Of a DNA stretch of 64,000 nt, positions 13,647-28,200 are shown piece after piece (positions within the stretch are counted from its first letter, which is position 1; every line of letters begins with the position of its first letter). The stretch lies in the NCBI GenBank assembly GCA_010093815.1, contig ML996569.1; one strand, written 5' to 3'. A program made the position numbers and the translations under genes. Under the pieces are notes generated by a model. It saw only the letters and a program-made list of their open reading frames with translations, was not told the DNA's origin and searched no databases. Source of the DNA: Pseudovirgaria hyperparasitica. Its lineage: Eukaryota.

Positions 13647-15150
13647 TGTGTCGAAAAAACCCTTGAGCTCCTATTAATGTATGATATTGAAGCCTCCGAT
13701 CTGTATATCTACTAGTTCTTCTTTCGGTCATCCAGATAACCCCGGTTCGTGTTAGAATGCTCGCGTATGGGCAAGGAGAGAGTTCGACCGTCGTAGATGA
13801 GTGCGGTTTCCAAACAACACCACCCTGATCTCAAAAATGGATCTTGCCCTGGCGAAGTCCTTGTTATCGGTGAAGTGAAGCCTAGGTTACCAACGCTTTG
13901 GCTGACTATGAGGCACAGTGCAAGTTCGTTGATGTTTATGGCGATGTTTACTAGCGTTGGATTTCAATGTGAAAGAACCCGTGAGAGTGGAGGGTCTCTC
14001 ATCAGTCTGTCTATGAGTCGCCCTTACACAAAGTGAGTCTTAGTATCATAATTTCACAGCTGAAGAAGCCCACTTAGTGGTGTACCAGTAAGATTCGAGA
14101 TACAGGCTCTCCAGGACACCCGAGCTTTCACTAAGGAGTGTCAGAATGCTCGGAAATAGTTGTACCGGGCTAGAGTAAGGTGAGGGCGATGGATGTATTT
14201 CGTCACTGACTGAAAGACAATGATGCTCTTCCTAGGACGATTCAGAAAATTCAAGATTATGAAGAGATATACGATGATCAATTATAGTAGAGCAGGAAGC
14301 AATGACAGCAGGCCCTCTCATTCACAGATCGCACAACCCAACCGCATTCATTACCCGGCCATCCACAACAGCCGCGTCATATGGAAGTGGTGAAATATGC
14401 TAAGGAAGAAGCAAAGGAATTAAATAAATCGAGTCATTCATGGATGTCTACAAAGGTTGATGGCACAAGCAGGTATGGTCGACTGACACAAGTACATATA
14501 CATATTGACTACTTATCTTCTCCCCAGATGTCATAAAGAAAACGAGTCGAACAAATCGCAATTGTGATATACGACGAAACACGTCTATACGGTAGATGCA
14601 AGATACGTTACAGTAGAGTCCCACTAGCGCATGTCCGCATATCCGTGCGTGAAGAGAAATATACAAGTCATAGCGGGCAGCAGGTCAATGAACAGATGGA
14701 AGATGATGCATTACGATACGAAGAACGAGACCCATTGTTGGGATAATGTAAAATATAAGCTTGAATACTGGTAATAAGAATCTATCACGCAGAGAAGATT
14801 GGCAGAAAATGAAACACACGAGATAAGTCATGTATGGAATATCTCGACATGATAATACAAAGTATGGTTACGCAACACGTCCTGGCAGGCAAGATTCGTT
14901 TTTGAACTTATAGATCGCAATGATTTAAGTTTGAATCATCGCAGACAGAGAAAGAAAAAATACGGACCATCCGTGAATCAATCATTGAGACATCATTGCA
15001 TTGGCAAGACGGACGAGAAATATATGGCGTCTACCAAGCTTCTGTTAGGAGTCGGCTCTAAAGTTCAGGGTATTCATTCAAATCGGAAATTCTGTTGTAC
15101 TCGTGTTGGGTGTCATGTCTACTAAATCTTCAAACGGGAATAAACCATCC

Positions 15151-16835
<1,685 letters not shown>

Positions 16836-17387
16836 CTACTCGCGGTAACGGCGTGGCAAGTAGAGCTTTAATAGATGTCGCGCTTTACGTGCAGCAGTCT
16901 GACGTGGGACTCGAAAATCGAAGCAACGGAATGACGCAAGAATTATCAGGCTAGGCCGGTCGAGGGATCACGGGAGTGTTGGTGAGCGAGTTTCACGACT
17001 ATACCGAACGATAGCACTGTTCGATGTTCTAGATTATGGTGATTAGGTAGATCCTGCCTCGGATTTGTCAGAGTGTTGCGCGATCGCTGAATTCTGCAGG
17101 TGAGAAGTTCAAGGTGGGGAGAATTCTATGGATAGAACTACGGGCATCTCGCCGATGTAACGCTAGGCTATCCTGCGCATATACACTACGCTTCGACTCG
17201 AGCTCATCATCATGTCCAAAGCAATCATTGATATAGTTTCATGAAATCATAACTCTTACACTGTTGAGCAGGTGGAATTGTCTGATCAAATGCTGCTTCA
17301 ATGGCCTTTTCGAGCTTCATGCATGGATGACGTCTTAGCAACCGGCAGGACCCCCTTGCTAGCTGCAGCTTATCCTCGCGAAATCAA

Positions 17388-17487
17388 ATCCGTTTGTCCA
17401 TAGTTACATGGGAAAGCTTGGCGCCCGATGCACGTCTATGCCACCAACACGCGTTTTTATATATAATTAACATTTTATAGTATCGTC
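17388..17487 (+). repeat. Left terminal inverted repeat (100 bp)
   Basis: ATCCGTTTGTCCATAGTTACATGGGAAAGCTTGGCGCCCGATGCACG... is the reverse complement of 46741-46840. Confidence 0.95.
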
Positions 17488-17587
17488 GCCGTACTATATA
17501 TATATAGAGTCTATAACTATATAATATAGTATATAAGAGTTAGTATATATAATATTTAGTATTTTTAACTTACTAACGCGTATATAT

Positions 17588-18688
17588 ATAGTACCCTAGG
17601 GCGTTATCTATCCCGATTCCATATATAGACGAATCAACTTCCTCCTATAATATAATATACCTATTAATAAGATTATCACTATTACTAAAGTTAGTAAGAA
17701 TATAGTATATAGAATAAGATTTAACCTTAAGATATATAGATAGAGGAATAAACCGCAGTTAACACATCATAGTCCACCTCATTAACTAAGTAATTATATA
17801 ATATAATAACTACTTAAGAGACTACTTCGTAAGGGCTAGCTATACCTTAATAAGATAGCTAGATAGATATATAAAGAGTTTAATCTTACTATATCTAAAT
17901 AGCTTCTATCTAAAGAGTTATCTAAGTAAGAGTAGAATTATAAGCTATTAAAATATATTAGTAGTACGCGCTTAGAGATAGTATATACTTTATACCTTAA
18001 GGATATCGCGGAGCTACTAGTAGACTCGTATATCTTCTTAGATAAGGTTATTTTTAATAAGAAAATTAGATAGAGGCGTCGAGCTAGAGTACTAAAAGAA
18101 TAGACTCTAACTAAGATTAGTACTCTTAATCGAGGACCTATATATAGTGTATATAGAGCTATTATAGCTAATAGTTTTATCTACTATTAGATAAAGGAAG
18201 GTTATTTCTTAATAGATAAGTTCTATACCTAGCTATAAGTATATCTATTACCTACTCTTAAGGTAAAATACCCTAGGCGTATAATAATAATTATTATAGA
18301 TAATCTTATACTTTATACGAACTAATAGATTAAGCTACTTATACTTAGCGCTAGCTATATCATATAGTATACGCTACTATACTTATCTAACTTTAATTCT
18401 ATTAAGCTTGTATAGGCGGTAATAAAGGTATAGATTTATAGATAGTATACCTAGATATGTTAGTAATCTCGAACTTTTAAGGACTTTCTCTATATTATAT
18501 TTATATATAGCCACGCTAATTAGTAGGCTCTATACTTCTTTAAATATACTATAGATAGATACTATATTAATAAGACGCTCTAGTAGAAGGTAGTTACTAA
18601 TTTAGAGAGGTTTAGATAAGATAGAGATAGTAGAGAGATTACTAAAGTTAAGGAGATTAGGAGACTTTTTTATAAACTCGTTAAGTAA
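17588..18688 (+). pseudogene. RIP-inactivated IS630/Tc1-like (DDE_3) transposase, DD34E
   Basis: One frame of 367 codons: IFLDK(E)VIFNK(E)KIR*(W)RRRA, IIIDNL, YTLLYLSNFNSIK (=YxPPYSPDFNPIE) LV*(W)AVIK. 34 residues between the second D and E. Stops are RIP-type TAA/TAG. Confidence 0.9.
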
Positions 18689-18949
18689 CTTACTTATTAC
18701 TAACTTACTAATAAGTAAGTCGCTTAGCTAGCTAGTAATAGTCTATATATATATCCGTTTTAGGTACTATTCATTAAGTATATAGCCTTAATATATAAAT
18801 ATATACTCCTAAATATACTCTAAGAAACACTATACCATCCCTATCTAAATACTAGTTATACTAGTTATAGTAAACGCCTAGAGCGAGGACGCTACCTTAC
18901 TTACCTTAAGTTACTCCTTATACTTATAAAGGTATAGATATATATCTAG

Positions 18950-21138
18950 CTACGAAGTCTCACGAACCGCGTCCACGTCGTTATAGCTAGGCAATGCCTC
19001 TTCGGAGGTAGTAAGAGGTTTAGAGCGGCGTTAATGGCGACCTCGTCGTCGCTAGGTAGGTGGTTATAGAGTTTTCGCGACGCGTTACTCTATAGGGACC
19101 ACACCGTAATAAACTAGCTAGGATAGTATATACTTCCATCCTATTCTTAATTAACGCGTTAAGAGGAGTCCACGAGGATACTAGGATAAGAAAACCATCT
19201 AATACGCTACTACTATATCGAAAGCAGGCCTAAATCTACCTTACTATATAGGTAGAGAAAGCGGAAGTTCTAGTAGCGCGATAGGACACCTCGAGGCTTA
19301 AATAGCTCTAGGTATATAAGGATTAGCAAGAAATTACGTCGAGGGTAACTATAAACTACTACGGATGAACTTATTAAGGCTAACTCTCCTATAGTATTAA
19401 ACTACGTTTATTAAGACGCCTAGCGCGACCACTAGTAGCGTGACTCTATTAAGACCTTTCGCTCGATATAGGATACCGCTTAGGTCTAGAATAGATAGAG
19501 CGGCTTCCGCGTACGAGAGATATTATAGTCTACTATAGGAGGTAGGGCGCTAGTATATATAGATAATAGTATACGGATATAGGTAAGAGACGACTATAGA
19601 GACCTATTAAAAAGTAGTAGAAATAAGTCGGGTTAGTAGATAGAGGATACTTAAGTCGCCTAGGCGCGTCACGCGAGTATACACGTATAGGATTTAAAGG
19701 ATACTCGTCTATAAGACACGGTCGGTCTATCGTAGAAAGATCCTTATAGGTAATATAAAACTAGATAGTAGCTATGCTTAAAGGCGGGGCGTGGTATATA
19801 GTAGTAACTACTAGCTCTAAGGACCTTACCCCTTTAATAGGCTCTAACCTTTAGTATATCTAGAAGTAGGCGGGATCACGTTCTAGCCGGGGAGACTATT
19901 ATATAGTCTAAGAGAACGGATACGTGTATCGATTTATAAAGAGATAGAATGTATTACTAGGCACGCACGCTAGTAACATGAGTTTAAGGAGTAAACCTTA
20001 TAGTTTCCTAGCTAGATAAGGCGTTATGCCCCTCTTCTAGTAGAGCTAGAGGTATAAGCCTAAAGGGGATAAGATAAGGCGAAAACAGGAGTAGGGCCTA
20101 ATGGTATAGGGCACGTCGAACCTGTAGGAGTCATCCGACTTCGAACTAGAGGTAAATAACAAGCATAGGAACGCATAGGAAACGTAGAATACACTTTCGC
20201 CGCGCTACGCGCACGAATTAGTATACATTACCGCGCACTTCTATACATAGGCTGGAATTAAATACGGTACAGGTGCTTAATAGAAGCCGACTCTAGCTAA
20301 GTAGTATAAGAAGTCCGAGATAACCCGGACACTCTCCTAGACCGGTAGAGCCTTTAAGAACTCGTAAAAAATATACGGTCGTAGACTTAAGATAAGTAGA
20401 AAGAGGTACTCCGTGCCTACTAGACCTTCTAGTAGAATAGGTACCTAGAGTAGATTCGAGGGCTATAGAAGGAACCGAGTAAATAGATATATAAAGGGCT
20501 AACGAAAGCCTAAGTATCTATACTTATCTAAGCCCGAACGGGCGCCATAGGACTTCTATACTATATCTATAAGAGAGGCGTTCCCGATACCTCTCTATGG
20601 TATAAGGCGTATGGCCGGAGAGATATAATACGCTACTATCTAGCTATATACCCTAACCTCTATATATAACGGTAATAGCTTATCCACGTTACGAAGACTT
20701 TAGATATCGTATAATGGCTTAATAAGTACCCTAAGGACGTCTCCTAATAGATACTTATATATCTACTACTCCTCTAGTACTAGTAGACCTAGAAATATAT
20801 ACTAGAAGAGACCTAGTATACGCTAGTAGTAACCCGATATATACCGGAAGAACCCTAGGAGAACCCTAATTATTAGTCGGGGGCAGCCCTTAACTAATAA
20901 CCTCCGCATCTACACGTGCTACCTAAGGGTAAAATAACGGTAATATAGACTATAGGCTAATAGGCGTACCCTATAGCTATATACTTAAGACGAAATAGAG
21001 GTTTAACGAGATATAGTTATAGATATAAGGAAGTTTTTCCCTATAGGGTTTCTTCTTATATAGTGGCTTAGACTAGAGGAGGTATAGGCCTATAGAGTAC
21101 TACTCTACCTAGTTATATAATATTATTATTATTATTAT
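18950..21138 (+). mobile_element. 5'-truncated or chimeric Tad1-like LINE with (ATT)n tail
   Basis: 17-bp TSD TATAGATATATATCTAG (18933-18949 / 21139-21155). ~20200-20800 encodes a RIPed ORF2 C-terminus: KGLTKA*VSILI*ARTGAIGL...W-Y(C)KAY(C)G...Y(H)..AIY(C)P (CCHC knuckle). Confidence 0.85.
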
Positions 21139-22680
21139 TATAGATATATATCTAGTAGAATACTAAGTAGAATACCTACTATCTTCGCGGCTTTATAATA
21201 AGTAGTTCTAGGCCAAGTTATCTCCTTAATATAGTAGTAAGTATAGTAGTTATTATCTATATATAGTCTTAATTCGTATATCCTAGCCCTCGTCTTATTA
21301 TAAGTCTCTATCTTCTTACGCTATTTAAGAGCTAATAGTACTATATCCGCCTAGTAACGCCCTAGTTATACTAGACTACTAAAGGTTTCTATAACTCGTG
21401 TCTAAGGGGGTATTTTATAACGAGTCTTATAAGTTAGCGAATAATTTAAACTATAAGTAGATAGAGGGCAAGATTAAGGTTAAGGTTAAGGAAACGTAGG
21501 TATCTATATAGGTATTATAGAATTAAACCCGTAATACTATAATTCTATCTAATAAAGTAGTTAAGTATACGTAAGCTTATCTTTATTATCTTAATAACAT
21601 CTCGCTACCGCCTCCTTATACTTAATTATCGCCTATCTTATCTACTTATCTTAAAGCCTTATATTCCGCTCCTTATAATCTAACTTAGCCTCCTTACGTT
21701 ATAATCTCTTTATTTTAAGGCGCTCGAGTATAGAAGTAGTACTTCTATTAACGGCGGTTAACGAGGTACTAGTTCTACTACTAGTTTAAGACTTCCTTAG
21801 ATATAGTCGAGCGATAATCTTATAGAATAAGTCTATTAATGGCTTATCCTTAGTTACGCCTTAAATACTATTAATAATATTATTAGTCTATAGCTCTAAG
21901 ATAGTCTTATCTATCTTATAGTAGAGTATTCTATTAGATAATATAATCTTATAGTACTAACCTTAGTAGTTTATATATATCGCCTTACTATACTAGAGCT
22001 TACTCTAAATATTATTAATAATAACTCCTTAGTTATGGCCTCGCTATCTTCGCTCCTTCTATAATTTAAATAGCTATTTTAAGTATCCCTTAAGATTCGG
22101 ATCTATAGATAATAATACTAGACTAGTAGAAACTATACTAGTAAGTAGTAATAGCGTAGGAGACTTCGGATTAGATACTATAGCCTTCTTATATTCTAGT
22201 AGCTAATAAGACTTATAGATAATAGTATCTTTAAAGATAAGGAATATAGCCTCTAGTAGATCCTTTCTTACTAGACTATAGATCTTATTAAGGAAGATAA
22301 GAAGCTTATTCTAGTTATCTAGACTCTAGTCTAGAAGTATTAACTATTTTCTAGCACGACTAGATATTCCGAGCTTTATAGTAAAGCCTTAAGTCTTAAA
22401 TAGCTAGTTATTAGTACCGAGAGTCTTATTAATTAACTACTAAATCTCCTTCTTATATAACTTCTTCTCGAACTTATACTAGGCTTCCGTCTTTAGTAAT
22501 ATAGCCTTAATAATCTTTCTAAAACTATCTACTCTAAGTTACTAATTTATATAGATAGTGTAAGAATAGGGTTATTAGATAGTAGTATAGTTAGATAGAA
22601 TAATAGGGTGTATTCTATTATAGAACGAATTACTACCGAACCCTTTCGGTAGAAATCTAAGAGTATATATATAAAGGGAC

Positions 22681-23623
22681 GGCCAGGTGGCGTAGTGGTA
22701 GTATACTACGTTACTAGAAGCGTTTGTCATCCAACGTCGTGGGTTCGAATCCTACAACGGCCACCTTTTTATACACTAGTTTTCGCACGCTCTGTTAAAA
22801 AGTGTATAGGGCTAAGCGAGCACGTAACGTGAAGGTTACCGTTACATAACTACTTAGTCCTAAGCGACCATTAGGTAATATAAAAATGACTATACCGTTA
22901 TCACATAATAAGAATTACCTAATATAGCCACCTACTAAGCCACCTTAAGTGGTAGAGCGACGCCTAGAGCGGCTAGACCCATAACTAGCTTAGCTTAAAT
23001 CATAGAATTTTCACCATATACCGGGGCCTTGTCCACCCTAATCCGGCTTAGCTTGCGCTTACTCCGGCTCGGTAACCACGAAATAGACGGTAATACCTAA
23101 TTAAGTATCCCGCCTACCTATAGACGATTACATAGCCCCGAAGAATAATTTCCGAATTTGGCCTAGCTAGGGTTAGTGCTAAGGCATGGACCTATTAGAT
23201 ATACACCCCCTCCGGCATTAGTCATCTTAATTAATAACTACTATCTAGCGCAAAGCTATATTCCTATAGATAGGAAAAAAACACGGTAACATAGGAATAA
23301 AAGACTAGGCCTAGCCTAGCGACCTACCCAATCATAAGAAAGGTAATACCTACTATAGTTAGTTAGGGCGTTATTAAGAGCCGGTACTAATATAGTAATA
23401 AAAGCCTAATATAAGGATAAGAAGTAAGTTTATCACCTAATGGGATTCGAGGACTTAGACTAGGCTAGGTTAGATTAGTAATAGGGTCTAGTTAGGGAGC
23501 TAATCATAGGAGGTTTTCTTATATACATAGTAGCTAATACTAGAGGAGGCCTGAGCCTATGGAGCATATATATGGCTATATATATAGTTCTTCCTAGTTA
23601 AACACTAATATTATTATTATTAT
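22681..23623 (+). mobile_element. tRNA-headed SINE (~943 bp) inserted in the 3' LTR of Gypsy-A1
   Basis: A box TGGCGTAGTGG and B box GGTTCGAATCC in a cloverleaf-like head (22681-22763), (ATT)n tail, 13-bp TSD TATATAAAGGGAC (22668-22680 / 23624-23636). Confidence 0.88.
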
Positions 23624-24226
23624 TATATAAAGGGACGCCGATCTATCTAGCACGTAACTATTTACCGCCCTTTACGTCACCTCCTAACCCTATTAGCTAA
23701 GGTATATATAGATCAGGTCCTACCTAAGGCTAAGTCCTAATAATTATCCCTTCCCTCTAGGAAGCTACCCTTAGCGATCTAGATTATTATCTATCTCTAT
23801 ATCCCTATTCTAAGTCTCGTAAGACCTTAGTTATTCTCTATACTTCGTCTTAGATACTTACTAATATTTACTAATCTAAGATTTATATAAGCGTTTTCCT
23901 AATAAACTAGATTTTATCTATCTTAACTTCTTATATAGGTAAGATTACCTGATTAGGCCTAGCGTATCACGTAATATAATTAGGTAAGCCTAAGTACTAC
24001 CTATATTAAAATCTTTTCTTAGAAATATTCCTTTCTTTAAAAAACTTCTCAACTCTTTATAGAGTTTTTTAGATTATTAGATATATTACCCGATCCTTAT
24101 AGACATAGATTTATATAGATTTACTATAATTTAGTACGATTTACGTAATTTACTAATTTTCGTACTATCCTTAGCTAGTAATAATATAATTCGTAATAAT
24201 CCGTATAAATTAATAATAATTATAAT

Positions 24227-25208
24227 ATGGTTTCCTAAAATCTCGATACTCTAAAGTAATTAGTACGGAAATAGACGCCTTTAAATAATCCCTATCTTAT
24301 ATACGTTACCGATATGTCGAAAGCTATTAATCTACCCCGACCTAGGCTAGGCTCTAATAATCTAGCTATATATTATTATAGTTATCGCTTTCCGTTATAT
24401 ATTACTCACGGTAGTACTAAATCTATAATATATAGTACTTATATAACTAAGAAGCGTTATTACTTATAGGTATTTAAGTAAGTTTAAAGAACTTTACGTA
24501 GATTTACTTATATTAGTATAGATTACTACTAGGCCTCTAGTAACCCCTACTAATAAGGAGCGTAGTACTACTGATCGTAACGCCTTAGAGAAGGCTTTCT
24601 ACGAGCTATATATCTAAGATAAGGGTTACGCCTAGGAGTACGATTCTAATAAGATCCGTAAGGATTTATTAGAATCTACTATAGCTATTATTACCGCGAT
24701 TACTAGGTAATATCGTTTTTCTTAAATTATTATAGATTCTTACTAATATATATTAATCTCTATAATAGTACTAAAATCTCTACTACTTCGGACTTCTTTC
24801 TATATACCGGTAATATTAAAATTCCTAGAAAAGGTTCTAGTAAAAAGGCTAAGGTTCCTTCCTCGCGCGTGCTAAAGAGCTATAAATTTAGGGAAGATAG
24901 CTCTAATCTAGAAGTTTCTATACTAAAGGTATATAGTTCTATACCGATCGTTAAATCTTTTCGCTAATTTATATAATTCTTAGTATACCCGCGCCGGTCT
25001 ATCCCTCTCTATTCTAGGTCCCGCTACTCCATAGGTTTCTATAGAGGAGTTCATAGCTATAAGGCGCGCTATATAGAATTTATAGCGTCGGAACGAAAGG
25101 CTAGAGACTTATATTATAAAGCTCTATACTATACTAAATAAGAACTAGCGGAAGGAATTAGATATAACTATCGCGGTAATTAGTACTTCTACTCCTACTC
25201 TAACTTAA
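24227..25208 (+). pseudogene. Antisense accessory gene of Gypsy-A copy 1 (3 introns: 24470-24521, 24707-24768, 24929-24983); RIPed
   Basis: ATG at 24227. GT..AG introns restore one frame. Cys-rich exon 1 by de-RIP; coiled-coil last exon (EEFIAIRRAI*NL*RRNERLE). Confidence 0.7.
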
Positions 25209-28200
25209 TTAGTTTAGATCTATACTAATTAGTACTAATATATCTCTTTTATCTAGCGTTTTTAGTTTTTCGGTTTTAATTTTAAAGCGATCTTACTTCT
25301 TCTAGATAGATTAGTACGAGTTTATATAGATCTATATAGATCTTTATATTTTCTTTTAGCTTTCTTAATTTTATCTTTCTTTAATAATAACTTCTTTAAT
25401 CTCTTTAGTAATCTATACCGATCTATACCGATCGGCACCGATTTTCGATGTCTATTTCTCTTAGTGAATTATTTTTCTAAGTCTCTTTTTTAGTTAAATT
25501 TTTTAAAGTTCTAAGTTCGAACTTTCTAAGGAAGTTCCTTAATTTCTTAGAATATTTTAAAGATCTATATCTCTTTTACCTTCTTCCTTTTAGACGGCTA
25601 TTCTTAGCGCCGAACTATACTAAAAAACGTTAAATCGCCGTACTTTAGTATAATTCTCTATAATTCCGCGGCTTCCTTTACTAATCACTACTTATATACT
25701 AATATCGCTACTTTACTAATATTTATTATAGGTTTCTAAGTATCTTTATTAGAATTATATCCTTTCTAATAAATTTTATATAGCCATGTACTATCTTCGG
25801 CGTGTTACTAGCTAAGTATCTACTTAACTTTATAGATATCTATACCTTCTTACGTAACTACTTTATATAGTATCTATTCGGAATAATCCGGTAATAATAA
25901 GGTATAAAATAGCTCGAGAAGCGTAATATAGAATATATTATATATCTTTAACGTAGGAGGGAGTTATAACTCGTACGCCTAGTTATTAATTACACGAGTA
26001 ATCTTATATAGACCTATTATTATATAGTTAAGCTTCTTCTTTAGCCTAATACTATGAATATTCTTACTATTTAGTAAAACTTTATCCCTAATATTAAAGA
26101 TTATAGGTTTTCTACCCTTGTTATAGTGCGATTTACTATAATTTATAGTATCTTATAGTAACTTTATAACACTTCTTTACGTTTAGAATAGTTCTATAGT
26201 AATTTCTATTACTTTAATATTAGGTCATTCTACTTTAAACTAAGTCTCTAAGAACTATATATTATAGTTCTAACCGAAGTTTACTTTGAACGGACTCATG
26301 TAGGTTAATGTATATTAGCTGTTATTATACGCGAATTCCGTAATATAGACTAACCTTATCTAGTTATCCTACTTATAGTTATAATATACGCGTAAATACG
26401 CCTCGACTATCTAATTCTACCGCTCCATCTACCTATCTATTTAGAGATAGAACATAGTACTAAGTTTCCGCTTAATTCCTAGCATATAGTAGAAATCCTT
26501 CTAAAATTTAGACGTTATCTACAGACCTCTATCCGAAACTATACTATTTAGTATACTATAGAGCCGGACTACGTCACGGAGTAGTATATCTATAAGATCC
26601 AGTACTTAGATCGTCTTCCTTATAGGGATATAGTATAATATCTTTATAAATCTATCTAGAACTACGAGTAAACTATTATAAATATATCTAGAATACTTAC
26701 TTAGGGGTAGATCTATAATAAAATCTATCGATAATTCCTTCTATGCCTCCTTTAGCATAGGTAATAGCCTTAATTCGCTATATAGTAAGTGTCTATATAT
26801 TTTCGTATACTGGTAAACGTTATACGTTTTTACGTAGTCTTTTATATATTTATAAAGACCCGGCTAGTTATATATCCTTTAGATTAAATCGACTATCCTT
26901 ATAATACTAAAGTACCCTACTAACGCGTAATCATGCTATTCCCTTAAAATATTAATTCGTAAGCCGCCTTCTAGTATATAGAGTTGGCCTTAGAAGTAGA
27001 TCGCGTCTAATTATCGTTCCTACCTTAATAACTATAGCGGATCTATAGCGCTTCCTTTTATACTTATAACTTTCTTTACTAATACATTAGAATTCTAGGT
27101 AGATTTAATTAAGTCTTCGAGGGTTTTCTTAGTTTCTTAGACATTTATTTAGATTACTTAATACCCGCGCTAATTCCCGTAGAGAATCGCCGAAAGTGTC
27201 CTAGCTTCTAGTATTCTATTAGATAACTAGTCTTATAGTATCTAAAGTATAGTATAGTCTAACTTACACCGACTATCTACGTTATTCTATAACGATTTCT
27301 TATAATCTTTACGCCGCGATAGAGGATTAGCTTTATTCTCTCTTCTAGCTTTATATAAGATTTTAAAGTTAAATATTAATATCTACTTAGCCTAACGTAC
27401 TTATTAGCGATTAAGGACCTTAGTTAATATAAAGTAACGTAGATTTATATAATCTAATAATAATTTAATCTAATATACGGAGCCTTCTAAATAATATTAC
27501 TATTACTTAAAACTCTTAATAATTATAAGTAGTTCCTAGTTATACGTGTTATAACGCGTCTCTATATCCACTATTTTATAGAAAAAGAAAGCGACCGGGT
27601 ACTATTACACCTTATCTTTCATACCTATATACGGTTAACTAATAATTCTAGTAATTATAAATCCTAACGCGTTAGTTTTAACCCGAATATACTTCTTAGA
27701 ATTAAAATACCTAAGAATCGGCGTAGTTATAAAGTAATTCTTTAACGATCGGAACGTATCTCACGCTTCCGGCGTTAACTATATCTCGACCGACTTAGCT
27801 TTATACTATACTCGCCTACCTATAGGGATTTTACTACTATTCTCTATAAGTTTATTAAGCGGCGCCGTAATTCGTAAGAAGTCTATAATAAATTTATAAT
27901 AATAGTTCACGAAACCTATAAATATTCTAATTTAACGTATAGTAGTAGGTTCTAGCCATTCTATAATAGTCTTTATACGCTCCGGCTCTATTTTTAGGCC
28001 GCTATATATTATAATAAAGCCGAGAAACCCAACTTCTTATTAGTGAAACTTATATTTAGATAATTTTATATAGAGTTTATACTACCTTAGATAATTTAGT
28101 ACTAATTTTATATATTCTTTATAATCCTATATACTATCGGAGTAAATTAGTATATTATTAAGATAAACTACGTAAATCATATTAAGTAATCCTACGAGTA

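Noticed and set aside
22681..22763. Functional tRNA gene
   Set aside because: The stems are imperfect, and it is the head of a TSD-flanked, tailed insertion inside an LTR.
24395..24469. Alternative first intron (GTATAT..TATAG) in the Gypsy-A antisense gene
   Set aside because: It is frame-compatible, but it would delete the C-x2-C-x6-C-LQ motif and the intron position shared with Gypsy-B, so 24470-24521 is preferred.
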